A stretch of 64,000 nucleotides of DNA from a virus. The notes under the pieces are model-generated. The model was given only the letters and a program-made list of their open reading frames with translations, had not been told where the DNA came from and ran no database searches. Positions 63,829-64,000 of the stretch are shown here, piece after piece. Where the stretch lies: the IMG/VR virus record IMGVR_UViG_3300017971_000203; one strand, given 5' to 3'. The stretch's first letter is position 1. Every line of letters begins with the position of its first letter. A program made the position numbers and the translations under genes.

Positions 63829-64000
63829 GACTGTTCCCCCCAGGTACGAACGAAGTTGACCTGGCAACCGCGCTCAATGGCGCCTGGACGCGCCGCTCGA
63901 GTGGCCAGAATGGCCTGCTGGGCGTTCATCCCGTTCTGGACGAGCAAGCAGGCGATGTAGGTTCCGGTTCGGCCCAACCCGCCGCGGCAGTGCACGAGCA
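63825..64000 (-). CDS. Dual-specificity/tyrosine phosphatase (5'-truncated)
   Basis: Manual translation [19 protein letters not shown]...RPGAIE contains the CX5R motif. Confidence 0.88.
   Translation of the reverse strand, partial: LVHCRGGLGRTGTYIACLLVQNGMNAQQAILATRAARPGAIERGCQVNFVRTWGEQS

Overview
GC-rich segment of a large tailed dsDNA phage (myovirus), almost all on the minus strand. It contains: (i) a T4-like head/neck/tail module (tail sheath, gp15-, gp14- and gp13-like proteins, gp23-like major capsid protein (MCP), gp21-like protease-scaffold, gp20-like portal, terminase); (ii) a replication/recombination module (PolA, DnaB, DnaC-like loader, initiator, Prim-Pol, gp32-like SSB, SF2 helicase, RecA, RusA, Cas4-like nuclease, UDG); (iii) four LAGLIDADG inteins and two free-standing homing endonucleases. 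The most notable observations are three. (1) A ribosome-mediated attenuator (7263-7396) whose leader peptide has 11 consecutive Ser/Leu/Tyr/His codons sits upstream of an array of structurally atypical tRNAs for exactly Tyr, Ser, His and Leu. (2) Seven otherwise mostly unrelated ORFs share an N-terminal 'MSxLSExIERGRELLxEA' tag, a probable capsid-targeting signal. They include a RelA/SpoT small alarmone synthetase and a zincin peptidase carrying an inserted sigma54 RpoN-box domain. (3) A cassette array downstream of the capsid gene is punctuated by copies of the MCP 3' end and includes a free-standing paralog of the MCP insertion domain. All calls come from reading motifs by eye; no database searches or folding programs were run.
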